From contig NW_024704743.1 in the NCBI RefSeq assembly GCF_018977255.1, forward strand, positions 13,208,001-13,272,000: a DNA stretch of 64,000 nt, read 5' to 3'. The notes under the pieces were generated by a model. That model made no database searches, was not told the origin of the DNA, and worked only from the letters and a program-made list of their open reading frames with translations. Positions within the stretch are counted from its first letter, which is position 1. Each line of letters opens with the position of its first letter. Shown here piece after piece: positions 49,725 to 63,502 of this stretch. This stretch comes from Callorhinchus milii (taxonomy: Eukaryota). The position numbers were made by a program, and so were the translations under genes.

Positions 49725-51519
49725 CTCTTTACCATCTATTTTGAGCCATATCAAGGTAATCTTGGGTTTTCAGCTGCTGAAGCTGCAAGATTTTCGTATG
49801 CTATTTATGGATGTACACGTTCGGTTGAAGAGCACCTATTGTACTCTATACTTTGCAGCCGCCTGACTCATCTGATTTGGAAGTTCCTAGCTGTTGTTTC
49901 TTTGTATTGAATAATACTGACATGTACCAATGCAAAGAAATACATAAATGAAGCTAGTTTTCACAAACCATGAGGGAACATAAGAGTTCCATCTGCTGAC
50001 AATATTTTCGTATGCAAAAGAAGGTGATTTTTACACCCCCAAATTTATTTAAAGCAGCTGCTTAGATTTTGTAATAGTTGTTTTTGTGGAAGAGGAACAA
50101 ATGATTTGGGTGTGATGGTGTGAAAATTTCCACACATATGATTTATAATAAATGAAACTAAGCTCTGTGTTACAAGCATCACTGGAGCTTGTAATTACAA
50201 AAACATCAAGTTGTTAAAAACCAAACTGATTTACGAATCAGTAAATCTGCTGTAAAAGAAATCTTACAAGGAGGTGCCAATAAATTGGCAGATATCAAAT
50301 GATCCATTAATGGCAGTTCATAATTTTGAAGGTGGAACACCCAGCCTAATGTTTAATGCATATTTTGAACTTAATGCCTTGCAAGGAACAGTTTGAAAGT
50401 TTAACATATGTGGTATCTTTAATAAACAATTTTTTGACGTTTTAAAAAGTTGCATATTATCCAATTTCATCACTGACTCAACAGAACAGCAACAATAACT
50501 TACATTTATATAGCGGAGTTCATGCCGGCTGGCCAGCGTCTCGAAGCACTGGAACTACTTTCAGTGCACTGCAGTAAACATAGACTTCTGGTGATTCACT
50601 GAATATTGAGCTGTACCACCTGTTTTTGTGTGCCAACTTGATTTAAAACAACTGCACAACTCCCTGTTCTAATCTAACTAAAGAAATAGTAGAAGGGATC
50701 AGGAGGGTTGAGGGCTGTATCGAGTGTGAAGCATGGACGAGTGAGCTTATATGTCTGTTTCCATCTGTATCATAGAATTACTCAGCACAGAAAAAGGCCA
50801 TTCAGCCCATCGTGTCCATGCTGGGTCTTTGAAAAGAGCTATCCAATTCAATTCCACTCGCCTGGAAATGTACATCTGTGCAATTCTAGTGCTCTACACC
50901 TACTGTACTATACTGTAAAGAAAGGGGGGTTAATAGTTGCAAGGCCTCTGACAGTCCAAGGCGACTGTTTTTTTTTTCTTTCTTCATACCCTGTAAAGTT
51001 AGAGAGTGTGCAGGAAAGTGGAATTAGACTTAGTGCAAAGGATGACCCGAGGCATCTGTTTACTATGCTCTAATATTCTATGCTTCAAAGAGGAAAAGGG
51101 GTAAGGTGAGACACAGAGGTTACTAGATATGAAAGCAGCGTTAAAGTCCTAAATGACTGTTGGTATCCGGTCTTCTGAATGAAAGTGCCAAATGGTGCTA
51201 AATTACAGGTATTGTTGGGTATTGCACACTCACTGTAGCCCCATTGGGAATTTTTCTGTGACACCTTTGAGGAGATTAATTTTCAAATGGCATGCAGTAC
51301 ACAATCCCACTCTACCGTAAAACAAATGTCAAATTTTTAAAATGCTGCATGAGGCTTCTCATTGGATAATGGTGGCATTTTGAGGGTTTCGAGAGGATAG
51401 CTTTTGGTGTCCCACTCGCAGAGACAACAATAGATTTTTGAAGTTTTATAAATTAAAAAATTTGTATTTTATCGGGCAAGTTTCGGCTTTGAAACTATTT
51501 GCAACTCTTAAGATTGTGT

Positions 51520-51942
51520 CGGTCTGACTCAGTTGGGAGCACTCTCGACTCTGTCAGAAGTTGTGGGTTCAAGCCGCACATTGGAACTTTAGTTCCCACT
51601 CCAGGCTGACACTCCACTGAGTGCTGGAGTGTGTTGCATTGTCTGAGGTGTTGTCCTTCAGAGAAGACTTTAAATTAAGGTCCTGTCTGCCTCTCCAGGT
51701 AGACATTGAATATGCCATGGCACTATTCAAAAAGAGAAGGGAATTTATCCCAGTGTCCTGGTCAACAATCCCCCAAATAAAATTTGGTCACTCACTCTGT
51801 GGCTGTTTGCAGGATATAGTTGTGCGCAAATTGGGTGCTGCATTCACCCACAAAATACACAGTCACTACGTTTTTTCAGTGAAGCGTTTTAAGAAATCTC
51901 AATGATATGATAAGACGCTGTTATCAAATGCAAGGTATTATT
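51520..51942 (+). mobile_element. DeuSINE (SacSINE1-like), near full length
   Basis: tRNA-like head actcagttgggagcactctcg...gtgggttcaag. Central caggtagac...ccatggcactattc...ccagtgtcctggtcaacaatccc. Shares its 3' body and tail with the younger SINE. Family name from recall. Confidence 0.75.
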
Positions 51943-52129
51943 AGAAATTTACAGCACAGAAAATTATTATTGACATAATTCCAACCTCTTTGTAGCCCTC
52001 TTGCGTTGTAGCCTTCTTGTAATCCAATTCTGAGGATTTTAATCTGATGTATGAAAAACAATATTTGCAGTCTTTGCGTATCTGACGGGAAGCTGATCTG
52101 TTGGCAAAATCGTTCTGGTTCCTTGAAAC

Positions 52130-52325
52130 AGATGTTGTCCCTTGCTTCCTTCAAGGCTTCGGTCACCCTCCTACTCTCCCTGCCCTCCACCTCTCCTGAT
52201 CCAACCCCCCCCCAGTTCATGTCCAAAGTCCAAATCGTTGATTGTCCAGTGCCTTGGGATGCCCCCCACTCCCCCTCAACCTCCGACGTGAAAGGTCCTT
52301 CAGAAATGTAATTTGTTGTTGTTGG
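52130..52325 (+). mobile_element. L2 3'UTR/tail fragment in intron 2
   Basis: Resembles the reverse complement of the L2 end at 30295-30450 (ttcggtcaccctccta...gccttgggat...gtgaaagg...ttgttgttg). Confidence 0.65.
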
Positions 52326-52502
52326 TTGTTTGAAAATGTGCAGTGAAGTTGCTTCCTGAAAGGGTGCTTCATTTTTTGAGGGGCGGGGGGGGGGGGGGGG
52401 AATAAAAGGGCATTTGGTACATTGTCTGATGTCTCTCCTGTTTTGTTCAATGCAATAACACCACTTTGCTCTGAAAGTAATTTTATTTTTTTCTCTGTAC
52501 AG

Positions 52503-52633
52503 GTGCAGCAGTTGCTGGTGTGTACAGGGTGGCAGGGAAGACAATGGCTCCACTGGAGGCACTAGTATTTGGTGCTGGACAGACAGTGCTCACGGTTGTC
52601 ATCTCCTTCTCGAGGATTCTAGCCACCCTATGA
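52503..52633 (+). CDS. TMEM170B: TMEM170B coding exon 3 (SAAVAGVYRVAGKTMAPLEALVFGAGQTVLTVVISFSRILATL*)
   Basis: Polypyrimidine tract ttttatttttttctctgtacag|. In frame with exon 2 (A|GT=Ser). Ends in the family C-terminus SFSRILATL and TGA at 52631-52633. Spliced CDS is 85+171+131=387 nt. Confidence 0.96.
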
Positions 52634-55600
52634 GGGAGAACGTTGCAAATTTCAGTCTACAAAGCAAATACTGTTGGAGTTCTTAATGAGAGAGCTAGCT
52701 TGATGGGAAAACCTGCTGAAGGCCAGCAGAATTAAATGTCCATTGTAAGGCCAGGGAGTTGTGTCCAAGATGTAAGGTGGCATGGGATCTGCAGGCCTGT
52801 GAAGAAATGGCACTCTGCTGTTCGAATCATTGCACTACTGCACTGTTCATGCTCCTGCTAACAAGCAAGGCCTGAAGATCACTGAAGTCTGGGAAGCCTC
52901 AGAAGCAAGCACTTTGTACAGTTTGTTGAGGATTGGTGGTGACAGATACACTCTACTGTAAATAAGCTCTGATACAGAGACTGCAGGGACAGAATCACTC
53001 AGTATTCTATGTGCCAAATTTAAAGCTTTTTTTAAAGAAAACAAATTTGAATATTTCACAATTGATCAATTGTGCTATTCGATATCCAGGTTAAAAAGTG
53101 GTCTTTGGGAGATGTTTACTACTGGGTGTATTAGTACGTTATTGTCATGGCATTTCCTATTCCCACTTCCTCCTTCCACACACAATATTGTGTGGATACT
53201 TGTGCATTACTGTGGGAGTAGAAAAATGCCAGATTTAGAGGCTACTTTTTGTAAAATGCTGCTTTATTGATCTTTGTTGCTGTCTTTGCCACACGCACTC
53301 TGGTTTAACGATGCTACCTTTTTTTCACAATGGAGCTCCTTTGCCATTGGTTGAGTGGGATTCTCCACCATCACTTATTGAGCATGTCAAGCCAATATCT
53401 TTGTGAACAAACCAGATTTTAGCAGGATGCCAGATATCTTGCATGCAAAGCAATGTGGAAACTGGTTCTCTCGGTTTATACTGCCTCATTAAAACTGAGA
53501 AAAATGTAGTTGAAATTTGATTTCGAACACATCTCCAAATGTACCTTCAATGCTTCAAAGTATACCTTCCACCTTTGTCTAGTGCGGTCCTCCCAGATGC
53601 TCAAGTGGATTCCTAACCAGATCAATTCAATAGTCTTCATATCGGTCATACTTATCTTAAATGTTTCAGACTGATCTGTTGGGCTTGTTTACTGACTGCC
53701 AGCTGGAGATCCTCAATGCAGAAGTAATATTGGACACAAAATTGGGCATTGCTTATCTTTATCTTTTTTATTGACTAGAATAATTTTGGCACACACATTG
53801 TGAAATGCCAAGTTTATACCGTCTATTGATGATTGAAGCTTTTTTTTAAATGTAGAACACTTAGGAAGGTGCATGAATGAGACGAGAATGAGACCAAGTT
53901 GTAACAAATTTCATGCATGAGGCTGATTTTTACTGAATACATCTAAAATGGTACAGTAGCAAACCTTGTGCATCTATATTTGCAGCTTAACAAAGTGCTG
54001 TGATGTGTTTTTTTTTAAAAAATATTTATACTGTTATTTCTGATCTGACCATATTTAGAAGAAAAAACACAAGAGAAAAACTGAAACGAAAGAGGCAATT
54101 TGTCCCATCAAGTCTATTCTCTCAGGCTCCCTTAATCCACCCCACGCCATTGCTTGCTTCATTATTATTGATTCAGGTCCCCCTCAAAGGCATTTGAGAA
54201 TTAGGCACTTTATCAGAGAGTCTGATCCATGTATTTACCAAATCGAAATACTTCAGTTTAAACTCTTAAGCCTCTGAATTTTACAGTTATGGATCTAGAC
54301 TTGTGTTAACTGACCAAGTCAAATATCCTCCTTGCATATTTCTGATTTTATAGATACTTAAATCACTCTTTAATGCCATTTCCTGTTATTTTTCTTTAAA
54401 ACTTTAATGCTTTTTAAAAATTGATGTATATGTTGTATTTGTACCTATCAGTATACATACAGTCTCTGGTCCAGACATTCTTATGGAACACATTGCCCTA
54501 GAAAACTCACTATCCTGCTCGTGAGTAGGAATGCACAATTATACATTGTACTCAATTCATTTACATGGTAATGTACAGGTCTCAGAGAGGCTATTGTGGT
54601 CTCGTCCAACAGGCCAGCCGCAAAATTAGAAGAATAACTAACTTTCTTATACCCTTCGACTGCTTCTGTTCCCAAAAGTCCAGCCATTTCCTGATGAATT
54701 TCAGTATGGTCCACCTCACATGTATCCCCGGTCATTCTGTTCCATAGTAATTTCAATAGTTAAACCTGTCCGCCCTTCCTCTTTTGGGTGTGAGTCCTTT
54801 CCTCTTCTGAGCTCGACTAGTTTCTCAGTCCACCCACATTGAAACTATTTCCCTGGTGAAGTATGAATATTTATATTTGAAAATATTAATTTGCACACAA
54901 GTCCTATAAGTGTGTGTGTGTATATATTTAACACCACAGAATTGACTTCAGTTAACAAATATTAGCATATCCTGTATGCAATATTTTTAACCTTACTGAT
55001 ATAACTTGAATGCAAATGGTCTTTCATAGGAAGTTTCAGTAAATGTTGATGCTGTCTGAAATGTCTGTTATATTGTTTAGAATAAATGTAAGACAAAATA
55101 AAATTGTTAAGAGGTAATAAACTGGAAGACCTATCCAGGGTTATCAGACTACTCAATCATGGGTTGAGTCTGGATGGTGTTGCACCGTACAGCAATCCTT
55201 GGAAAATTTGGCCGAATTAACATGTAGGAAATGGATGAAGAAGCTCCATCTGGTTATCTGTGAAACCAGTAAACAATCTCTATGTGAATATCTGTGATGC
55301 AAGATAATTTTTTTTGCTACCAGCCATATTGACAGCTGTGGTCCTTTCCAGTTCTATACATTCCTGTGTTCATTGCACTTTTTCTCATATATGAAATGCT
55401 GTTGTTTGGAAATGGTTCATGGTTTTTGTCGTCTGAGCTTGAACTTGAAGTGTATTGATGCTGGCAGTACAGGGGAACTGTTACTGGATGCAGGAAGTCA
55501 GTGCTCATTCCTTGCTACTACTCTTATGCACTTTGAGAGCAGATTTATAAAAAGTGTCAAACACAGATGTGCGTTACTTTGATATGTATCCTTTGCAACA

Positions 55601-58050
55601 CTCGGTGTTTCAATGTTTGGAAGACTTTGTCAATTTTTTTGTGTTTGTGTGTAAACCTATGAATTCTTTATATATCCATGTTTGTTCTTGCTTTGAAGTC
55701 TTCTGTTCCTCAGTTTCCATTAAAACGTAGCACATGCAGTTAGGTTTAATCCAAATGTCTACTTCTGAACGTTTTGTTCTATAAATATGTAATAACTGTT
55801 GAGTTTGACCAATATGTTGAATTATTTATACGTTTGTTTCCCTAGTTTCAGTACAATTATTTGTAGCAGGTTTTTCCATCTTATTCCTGTACAGTCTATC
55901 ATAAGATTTATATTGGGTATAACCTCTCTCAGCTTTGCTTGACTACTACATTACATTTCAATGCCTGCCCAAAGACAATGGTACAAATAGCAGGAGTGGT
56001 TTTAAATAATATTTATATTTGAAGGGTGTGTGAATTTGATAATACAGAGATCTTAAGTCTCAAGAAAATGTCCTGAGCTTTTATACCATTTCTTTTGGGC
56101 AACATTAGTTAACATAATTTCTGCAAAACATGCACTCAAATTATTTGAAAGGTGAATGAGTTGAACTGTACAAAAATAAAAGGAGTAAACCTCATCCTTT
56201 ACCTTATGGATCCTTTTGAAACTGAAAACATATTTAGTCTATTTTTAGAAGCAATTTTTGCCCTGATTTACAATTGCAATTTTCTTTTATCTATTAGAAA
56301 ACTGGCTTGTTACAGTTTGTACAGTGTACTTCAAATCATACTTGTATATTCTTTGTTGAAGTACAAATGGAAGATTTTCATATAAAGTACTTTTTTGAAA
56401 ATCACTGTGCAATCTGAATATTGAAAGATTGTTTGTAGTACAGGATGTACAATATCTTGATCAAGAGTATACAGCCCTTCAATGAGTCTCATTCTAGGTT
56501 AATAAACTTCCAGGATAATTTACAGCATTAACCAGATGTGATCTAACAGAGTAACATCAACAACCTTTCACACTGCAACTTTGGGGTCTCAAAGGCTATT
56601 ATGGTGGCTCTCCTGGTAGAAAGTTTAATTAGCAGACCAAAATGCATGTTGCCCAGCCATTAAAAGCTGAATGAAACCAGTATTTTTATTTTAAGAGAGA
56701 TTTGTGCAACAACTGTTAATTTGTGCATTTTTAAAATTTCTGCAATTGGTTTTCTATGGAGCTTTTGAAATGTAAGTAGTTTAGGAACCATCTCAGACTT
56801 AACCACTGGATGGGAATCCTTGGTGCCACCTCACGCAACTATTGACCAGGTGACAACAGTGGGAGCCAATTCTAAAGCAAGAAAAACTTAATTGATTAAC
56901 TAATTTCAAATAACTGTAAACATAACCCTGTAATTACTTGTACTGAGTGTTTGACTGCAAATGTGTGCGGGAGCATTCAATTCACACATCCTGGAGCAGT
57001 CCAGCTTTTCAATATCGGAGCCTGTTGGAAAAGTTGTTCCTCGTTATGGATAGGGTGTGATTGAGTGTAAACCTTGCAAGCGAATCACCTGGGTTCAATT
57101 CCAGGCAGGCCGAAACATTGGGCAAGTTTCCTTACTCCACAAGCCTAATAATCCCTCCAAAACAAAACAATAATAAATTTGTCATTTTCAATTCATGACT
57201 GTTTGTGTGACACTGCTGTCCACAATTGGCTGCCGCGTTTCACTCACAAATATATGGTCAATTCACTTTATAGAGTATATTCTGTGAAGTGCTTTGAGAT
57301 GTCGATAAGACGTGAAAAGCGCTATATCAAATGCAAGGATTATTATTTGTAGTGTAATATGTGTGTGTGTGTATGTGTCTGTATACTATATACACAATAT
57401 ATAATAATTGGTTTGGGTGAAATTTAATAAATGAAATGTCCATGTTGCAGATATTGTACATAATGCATTAACAGAGTTCTAGTATTATAGACTGAATCCT
57501 AGTGCTGCAATGGAAACATTCCAGCAACCAGCAGAATTATTCAGAGCGAATGGATTGCTCTTGCAATCATATTTCGATAAGCAAAATAATTCATCTGTGG
57601 TTTCTAACCTTTTAAAAATGTCACGTAATCCGCCTTTCGATATGTAAAAGCATCCCTCGTTGGCTGCTGACCTTTTTAAAATACCTCACATTGAATACAG
57701 TCTAGGGACAAAGTATTATTTGTGTTATGTTGAATATAAATCAAAATTGCTTGGCAGGACTGTTCACACTCGTTTCACAAAAAGAAGAATTCTAGCTTCA
57801 AGCAATTGTATGTTAATTTCCATATTGCTGTTAATGCTCCTCCACCACACACACACCACCACCATTGATTTCGGGTACATTACACCCTGGGACTGGGTTT
57901 GCTTACTCTGTGATGTTTACCAAAAGTTGTAAATAATGTATATTATGGTTTTTAATTTTTCTTACAAGCAGCCATTTTTATTTCCCTATTTACGTACAAA
58001 CTTGTACTGTACATAATTACATGCAGAATAAAATTTTGCAGTGAAATATC
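52634..58050 (+). other. Probable long TMEM170B 3'UTR
   Basis: About 4.4 kb after the stop is AT-rich with no recognisable SINE/LINE copies, unlike the flanks. AATAAA at 55081, 56501, 57426 and 58027. The 3' end is inferred. Confidence 0.5.
57060..57347 (+). mobile_element. Same SINE, short subfamily (within putative 3'UTR)
   Basis: Partial head ttgcaagcga...gggttcaattccaggc, body and tail. Confidence 0.88.
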
Positions 58051-59609
58051 TTGACTTGGCCTCCTACAATTTCAGATTTGATGTAAAGTTTATCACACAT
58101 GCATTTACCCTGAATTCCTAAAGTTCATCAACTCCTCACCAGTAGAATGTAGTGTGCCATGTGGGGCAAGGCGATGTTTGGAGAGGATGCTTATTGCTTA
58201 CAAGGCAATGATTGGGCCTCATCGGAACATTTTGTGGAGTTTTGGGGAACCCATGAAAAAAGTATCATCACAGCTAATAATCCATTCATTTGGTATAGTG
58301 CCTTTCCTGTCAGGAGATGTTTCCAAGGGCTTCATAGGATTTACCATAAAGTGTAGCGACAATGTATTTTGTAGGTGAACGCAACAACTAATTTACATTG
58401 TAATGTTCCAAGACATGCTGTGAATGACCCAATTTTAACCAGGTCACAAGGACAAATTTGCTTCAGCTGTGTGTGGGAGGGGGCTGTTGCATGGGGATGA
58501 TACCAGAGATGAGAATACATGAAAATACTGATTTTTTTTAACAGTATAATAGAAGGGGAATTTACTAATACCGAATTAACAACACTTGTTATGTATTATG
58601 TTTTTTATTACAAATAATTAAAGAAAAACGTAGAAATTGTGTTTAAAAATGTGTCCTAAGCACTCCTTAAAGACTATTTGTTTGGGATGAAACTCCCCTT
58701 TATTTGGGAAATCCAATTCTCTCACAGCCTTTTTTGAATCGAAACCTGGCCAGCTTTGTATTTAATCATTTTGGGCAGGATCTGGTCCATTCATTCCTCA
58801 CTACTAGAGTAGCTTTTTATAACTTTATTTTCAAAATGACTTGAAGCAGAGTTGTTCTATCCACAAATTAAATGTTCTGTGAGTTTCCTGATCCTTTATA
58901 AATTGATAATCGGGCTGTGGCGAGCATGGATGTTGTGTTCTGCCAAATACTGTCTTAAAAGATATTCGTTTTAAAAAAGGGAGTAAAGCTTCTTTTTAAG
59001 AGGGGCTTTTATGAATATCAGAACCCAGTGGAGTCCCTGGGTTAGGAAGATTACAATCTGCCAGCATTGCTGATAAACATAGTGTTGTTAATATTCATCA
59101 ATCGTACTTGTGTATGTCTCGCATTCTGCCATCCAGACCTTACAATACCATTAGTTGCACTATAAATCCAGTTAAGACTGAACCCATTGCAATAAAACTG
59201 ATTATAAATTTGAAAGCCTTGCATTGCCCTTCGGCTTTCTAATATTAGTATTAGTATTCTATCTAATATTAAACTAGCTGTTTGCAGACTCAGCTCCTTT
59301 GTAAAATTAAAATAAGCCAGTGTTTGTCAATGGTTATTAGAGCTCTCAACATGAGGTCCTCCAACAATAGCGATTTGGAATTGGAAGTAAAAATGTCAGA
59401 TTCTCACTTTTAATTCCACTTACATTTTCAGTTACATAAAAGACAAGCATCTTAATGGATGATTTGTTTTCCACAGTACAACTTTGTGCCCCAGCATGAG
59501 TCTCCACCTTCAGGAAAGAGAATTGGGGAAAATTATTTTCAGTCGGTGTTGGCATGTATATACAATAATAAGAATAAGAATAATTCCTGCAGTTCATATA
59601 CTAATAGTT

Positions 59610-59927
59610 ATGGAGTCCTGCAGCTCAGTGGTTAGAGCACTCGCCTTGCAAGCAAGAGACCTGAGTTCAATTCCAGGCAGGGCGAAACCTTGGGCACGTT
59701 TCCTTACTCCACACGCCTAATAATAATCCCTCCAAAAAAAAACAGAAAACGATAATAAAAAAATTGGTCATTTTCAATCCATGACTGTTTGTGGACACTG
59801 CTATGCGCAATTGGCTGCTGCGTTTCGCCCACAAATATACAGTCAATTCACTTTACAGCATATTCTGTGAAGCGCTTTGAGACGTCTGGAAGACGTGAAA
59901 AGCGCGATATCAAACGCAAGGATTATT
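59610..59927 (+). mobile_element. Same SINE, short subfamily, full length
   Basis: ggagtcctgcagctcagtggttagagc head through gcaaggattatt tail. Confidence 0.92.
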
Positions 59928-60254
59928 GTATCATGTCTCTTACCTGTTAAAGGTGAGGGCTTTTTTTAAACCAATTTGTTCCATTTTTTTTCTTGCCTAA
60001 AGGTGTTGATTTGTGCCAGCAACCCTATGGTGCCTTACATAAATAATTATTCCTTATGTGTGGGCATAGATCGTGAGATAACAATTCAACTGAAAGCATT
60101 AGACCACATTCTGCACTTGCTAACATTGATGTATGAATGCTTTCCATTGGAAGAAGAAACCTGACTATTTGATTCTCCTTAGTTGGAATCATGGAGGCCA
60201 ATTGTAATGTATCTTAAGAGATCAGCTATCTGAGAACAGACCATGATTCATAAT

Positions 60255-60645
60255 AATATTATAATCATCTTTGCATTTGACATAGCGCCTCATCACATCA
60301 GAAAAACATCTCAAAACACTTCACAGGATTTACTGTGAAATTGAGTAGGCAAATGCAGCAGCCCAATTGTTCACGGCAATTTCTCACAAACAGCCATGAA
60401 ATAAGTAAATGATTTTATTGAGGAGAATGTTGGTCAGAACACCAGGAGAAACTCCCTTTTCAAGTCGTGTTACAGGATTTTTAACGTCCACCTGAACACG
60501 CAGATGGGATCTTGGTTGAACATTCCATCTAACAATGCAACTCACCGCTAGTGCGGCATTGGAGTATCAGCTTAGACTATGTGAGTTTAAGTCCTGATGG
60601 AGGATTTGAACTCACAGCCTTCTGAATCAGGCAAGAGTGCCACTG
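60255..60645 (-). mobile_element. DeuSINE (SacSINE1-like)
   Basis: tttaacgtccacctgaac...atttgaactcacagccttctgaatcag; collinear with 1925-2350. Confidence 0.72.
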
Positions 60646-62553
60646 TTAAACCCAGATTGCGATGTGCGATTGCTCTTAAAGACCTGAAAACTAAACACGG
60701 AGTCAGTGCGGTATACATTCAAAAAGCTTTATTTCATATATATATATGAGGTGCAGAGCAGTAGCAACAACTCTCCCAAGGTACTGCTCCCCACACTGCA
60801 CACCAGAGAAAAACAACATCTGACCTTTATACATGTTCCATTTTCCCATAATTGGATGTCTGTTTCTTTCATAAAAAGAGATATGGGTCCCGGGTTCCTT
60901 AGCACAATAACATATACATTGTTAGTTGCGAAACCAAAACAAAGCTGAGCTTACACCAAATGCGAAAACATGTTTTGTCTCATTGCCTTTGCTTATTCTG
61001 TAACTTTTGCGATTGCCCAAAGATGTTACATTCCCACACTTTCCACACCACCACTGAACCAAGCTGTGTCAACCTGGTTTGTTTGATGCAATACCAAATG
61101 ACACAGTTCAATGAACCATCAGCAGTGGAAGCTAAATCTTAATTTTTTTTCTCAAGTAACACAATTCTAAGAAATATTGTGTTCTGGGGCAAAAAATGCA
61201 TATTCTAAGTTTCCTGATACAGTTTCTCCCAAGTCGTAAATTTGTTTTTGGAGGGAATATTGTTTTACCTGAAATTCTCAACTCTTTGGAATCGACTCCC
61301 TGTGAACAATTGATAAGGAGTAAAGAGTCGAAATTAGTGGTTCATCTGATACTTCTGGTGATGCCTGGGATATTGTTTCTACAATATTGGACTTCTAGCT
61401 CTTGAAATTTTTTATCTACAAAAATCTACTATCCCGCTAAAGGAAAACGAGAGATTATGGGCCAATAATTTCTACATTTAACACTGGTGTCAGCCAATAG
61501 ATGGCACTCTTGTGCTGTGTTCACAAGAGAAAGAAGGCCCTTTTGATCTCATCCTTCTACAATATAGACTCCACCAGCTTCCCATTGTAGTATGGAGCTG
61601 CTTCTAACACGAGTCCAGTACAAAGAAGACGCCACTCTATCTGAGGTAGTTGGTGAGGTTTGAGAGTGAACTTATTGGGGTGAATCAAGTAGAAATCCAC
61701 TCTATGTGAAATGCATCCTACATCAATCCACCAGTAAACCTTGCTTCCTTTCTAGGCATCTCACTTATCACGAGGTTGTAGAGATTGGTGTAATTCACAA
61801 TTAAAATGGCAAAATATTGTACCAAATTATTTTTCTGCATGTCCTATGATATCGGCTGCATTTCTCCTCCCAGTGATATCTTCCACCTGTGATCCATTTG
61901 TATTTCTTCCGAGATGGAGTTCAAGAGAGCGGGACAGAAAGCTTGCCTGCTAATAATGGAGTGGATAGGGCCAATAATTATACCAATAATGGGATGTGCA
62001 CATTTTCAAATAATAGTCTAGTTTTCAAAGAAAGGGTAATTCAGAGATACAAAAATGTTAGTTCAATTAGTCAGCCTTTTCTGGTGAATTTGGGGGTGAT
62101 TTTCTCACACAGCTCCACACTTCTATAAGGAATAAGGCATAAGAGGTAATTTAACCCTAGTAAATTTTGGATTACTGGTGCGTTTTTACATATTGATACA
62201 TGGCACAGGGCAGATTAAGGGATCTGTAACAAAGACTGATATCTTGGCAAATCCTGAAAGATGCTGAACTTGAAGAAATTGTCCTGGAGGACCATCGAAT
62301 ATTGCATTTTTCCCATTGTGGGGTGCATACTCCAGCATCCCCACTCTGACACAAACCATCAGAAATATTTATCATAAGTCCATTTTGCTTCAAGATTGCA
62401 TAGAATTACGAAAAGTTGTTCAATTCAATCTTTTATTGGAAACCAGACTTTTTTTAAAAAAACCCTGTCAGTCAGCTTTTAATTTAAGACCAAATTTAAG
62501 AATTTTGCACAATTTGGCGCAATTTTAAACTTTAACTCAAAATGGGCTAGCAG

Positions 62554-62880
62554 GATAATAATAATAATAATAATAATCCTTGCATTTGATATAGCGCTTT
62601 TCACGTCGGGAGGACGTCCCAAAGCGCTTCACAGAATACACTGTAAAGTGAATTGACTGTATATTTGTGGGCGAATGCGGCAGTCAATTGCGCACAGCAA
62701 TGTCCCACAAACAGTCGTAGATTGAAAATGACCACTTTATTATTGTTTTGTTTTTGGAGGGATTATTATTAGGCGTGTGGAGTAAGGAAACTTGCCCAAG
62801 GTTTCGCCCTGCCTGGAAATGAACTCAGGTCTCTCGCTTGCAAAGCGAGCGCTCTAACCACTGAGCTACAGGACTCCACA
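62554..62880 (-). mobile_element. Same SINE, young short subfamily, full length
   Basis: Near-identical reverse complement of 26449-26769. Confidence 0.93.
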
Positions 62881-63502
62881 AGAGTAAATGATAAGAGTAA
62901 ATGGAATTTCAGGCCTTAAATCTATTGCTTTTTTTTGGTCAGATGGATGTCTTGACACATGCAGAAACCCATCACCATGCTTAAGAGTATCCAAATTGAG
63001 CATTCCATGCATCCACCTATGCGTTGAAATTCCAGCAATATTTGTTGAATGGAATACGCATTTTTATCTTGGAGGGACACATCCTGCTTATCAAATTCCA
63101 GAGAGGATTCGGTCCAGGTTAGCAAGAGCGAAGGCTTGGAACACCAGCATGTGAGTTGGGGTACTTCTGTAGTCTAACCAGCCAAAACTGCATAGCTTGC
63201 CATTCAGCGCAGTCCGGCAAGCTTTCCCGCTGCTTGTCCAGCTAGGGCCACATTAGGACTTTGGCTTGCAGGGTTAACAGGAACCGAGTAGGAAGTGTCA
63301 TCTATTGACCAACTCCTCAATGGCTTGAAATCACTGAGCAAAGCATTAGGTGGCACACCTGACCACCTGCAGATCTACATCCCATGAATAGTGGAATAAT
63401 TGGAATCTTGATAGGGAAGCTCTAGTGAAACTTGGCTGCATCAAGGAACTAATAGTTTTGAAACAGAAAATTACCACCTCCACATTTCATTGATTGGTCA
63501 AA

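Noticed and set aside
52385..52406. G16 run followed by AATAAA ~100 nt before exon 3 as an intronic poly(A) site
   Set aside because: A single hexamer with no supporting terminal-exon structure; cannot be supported from sequence alone.
51924..52562. 212-aa antisense ORF overlapping exon 3
   Set aside because: Crosses an L2 tail, a G-homopolymer and a SINE end; no recognisable domain.
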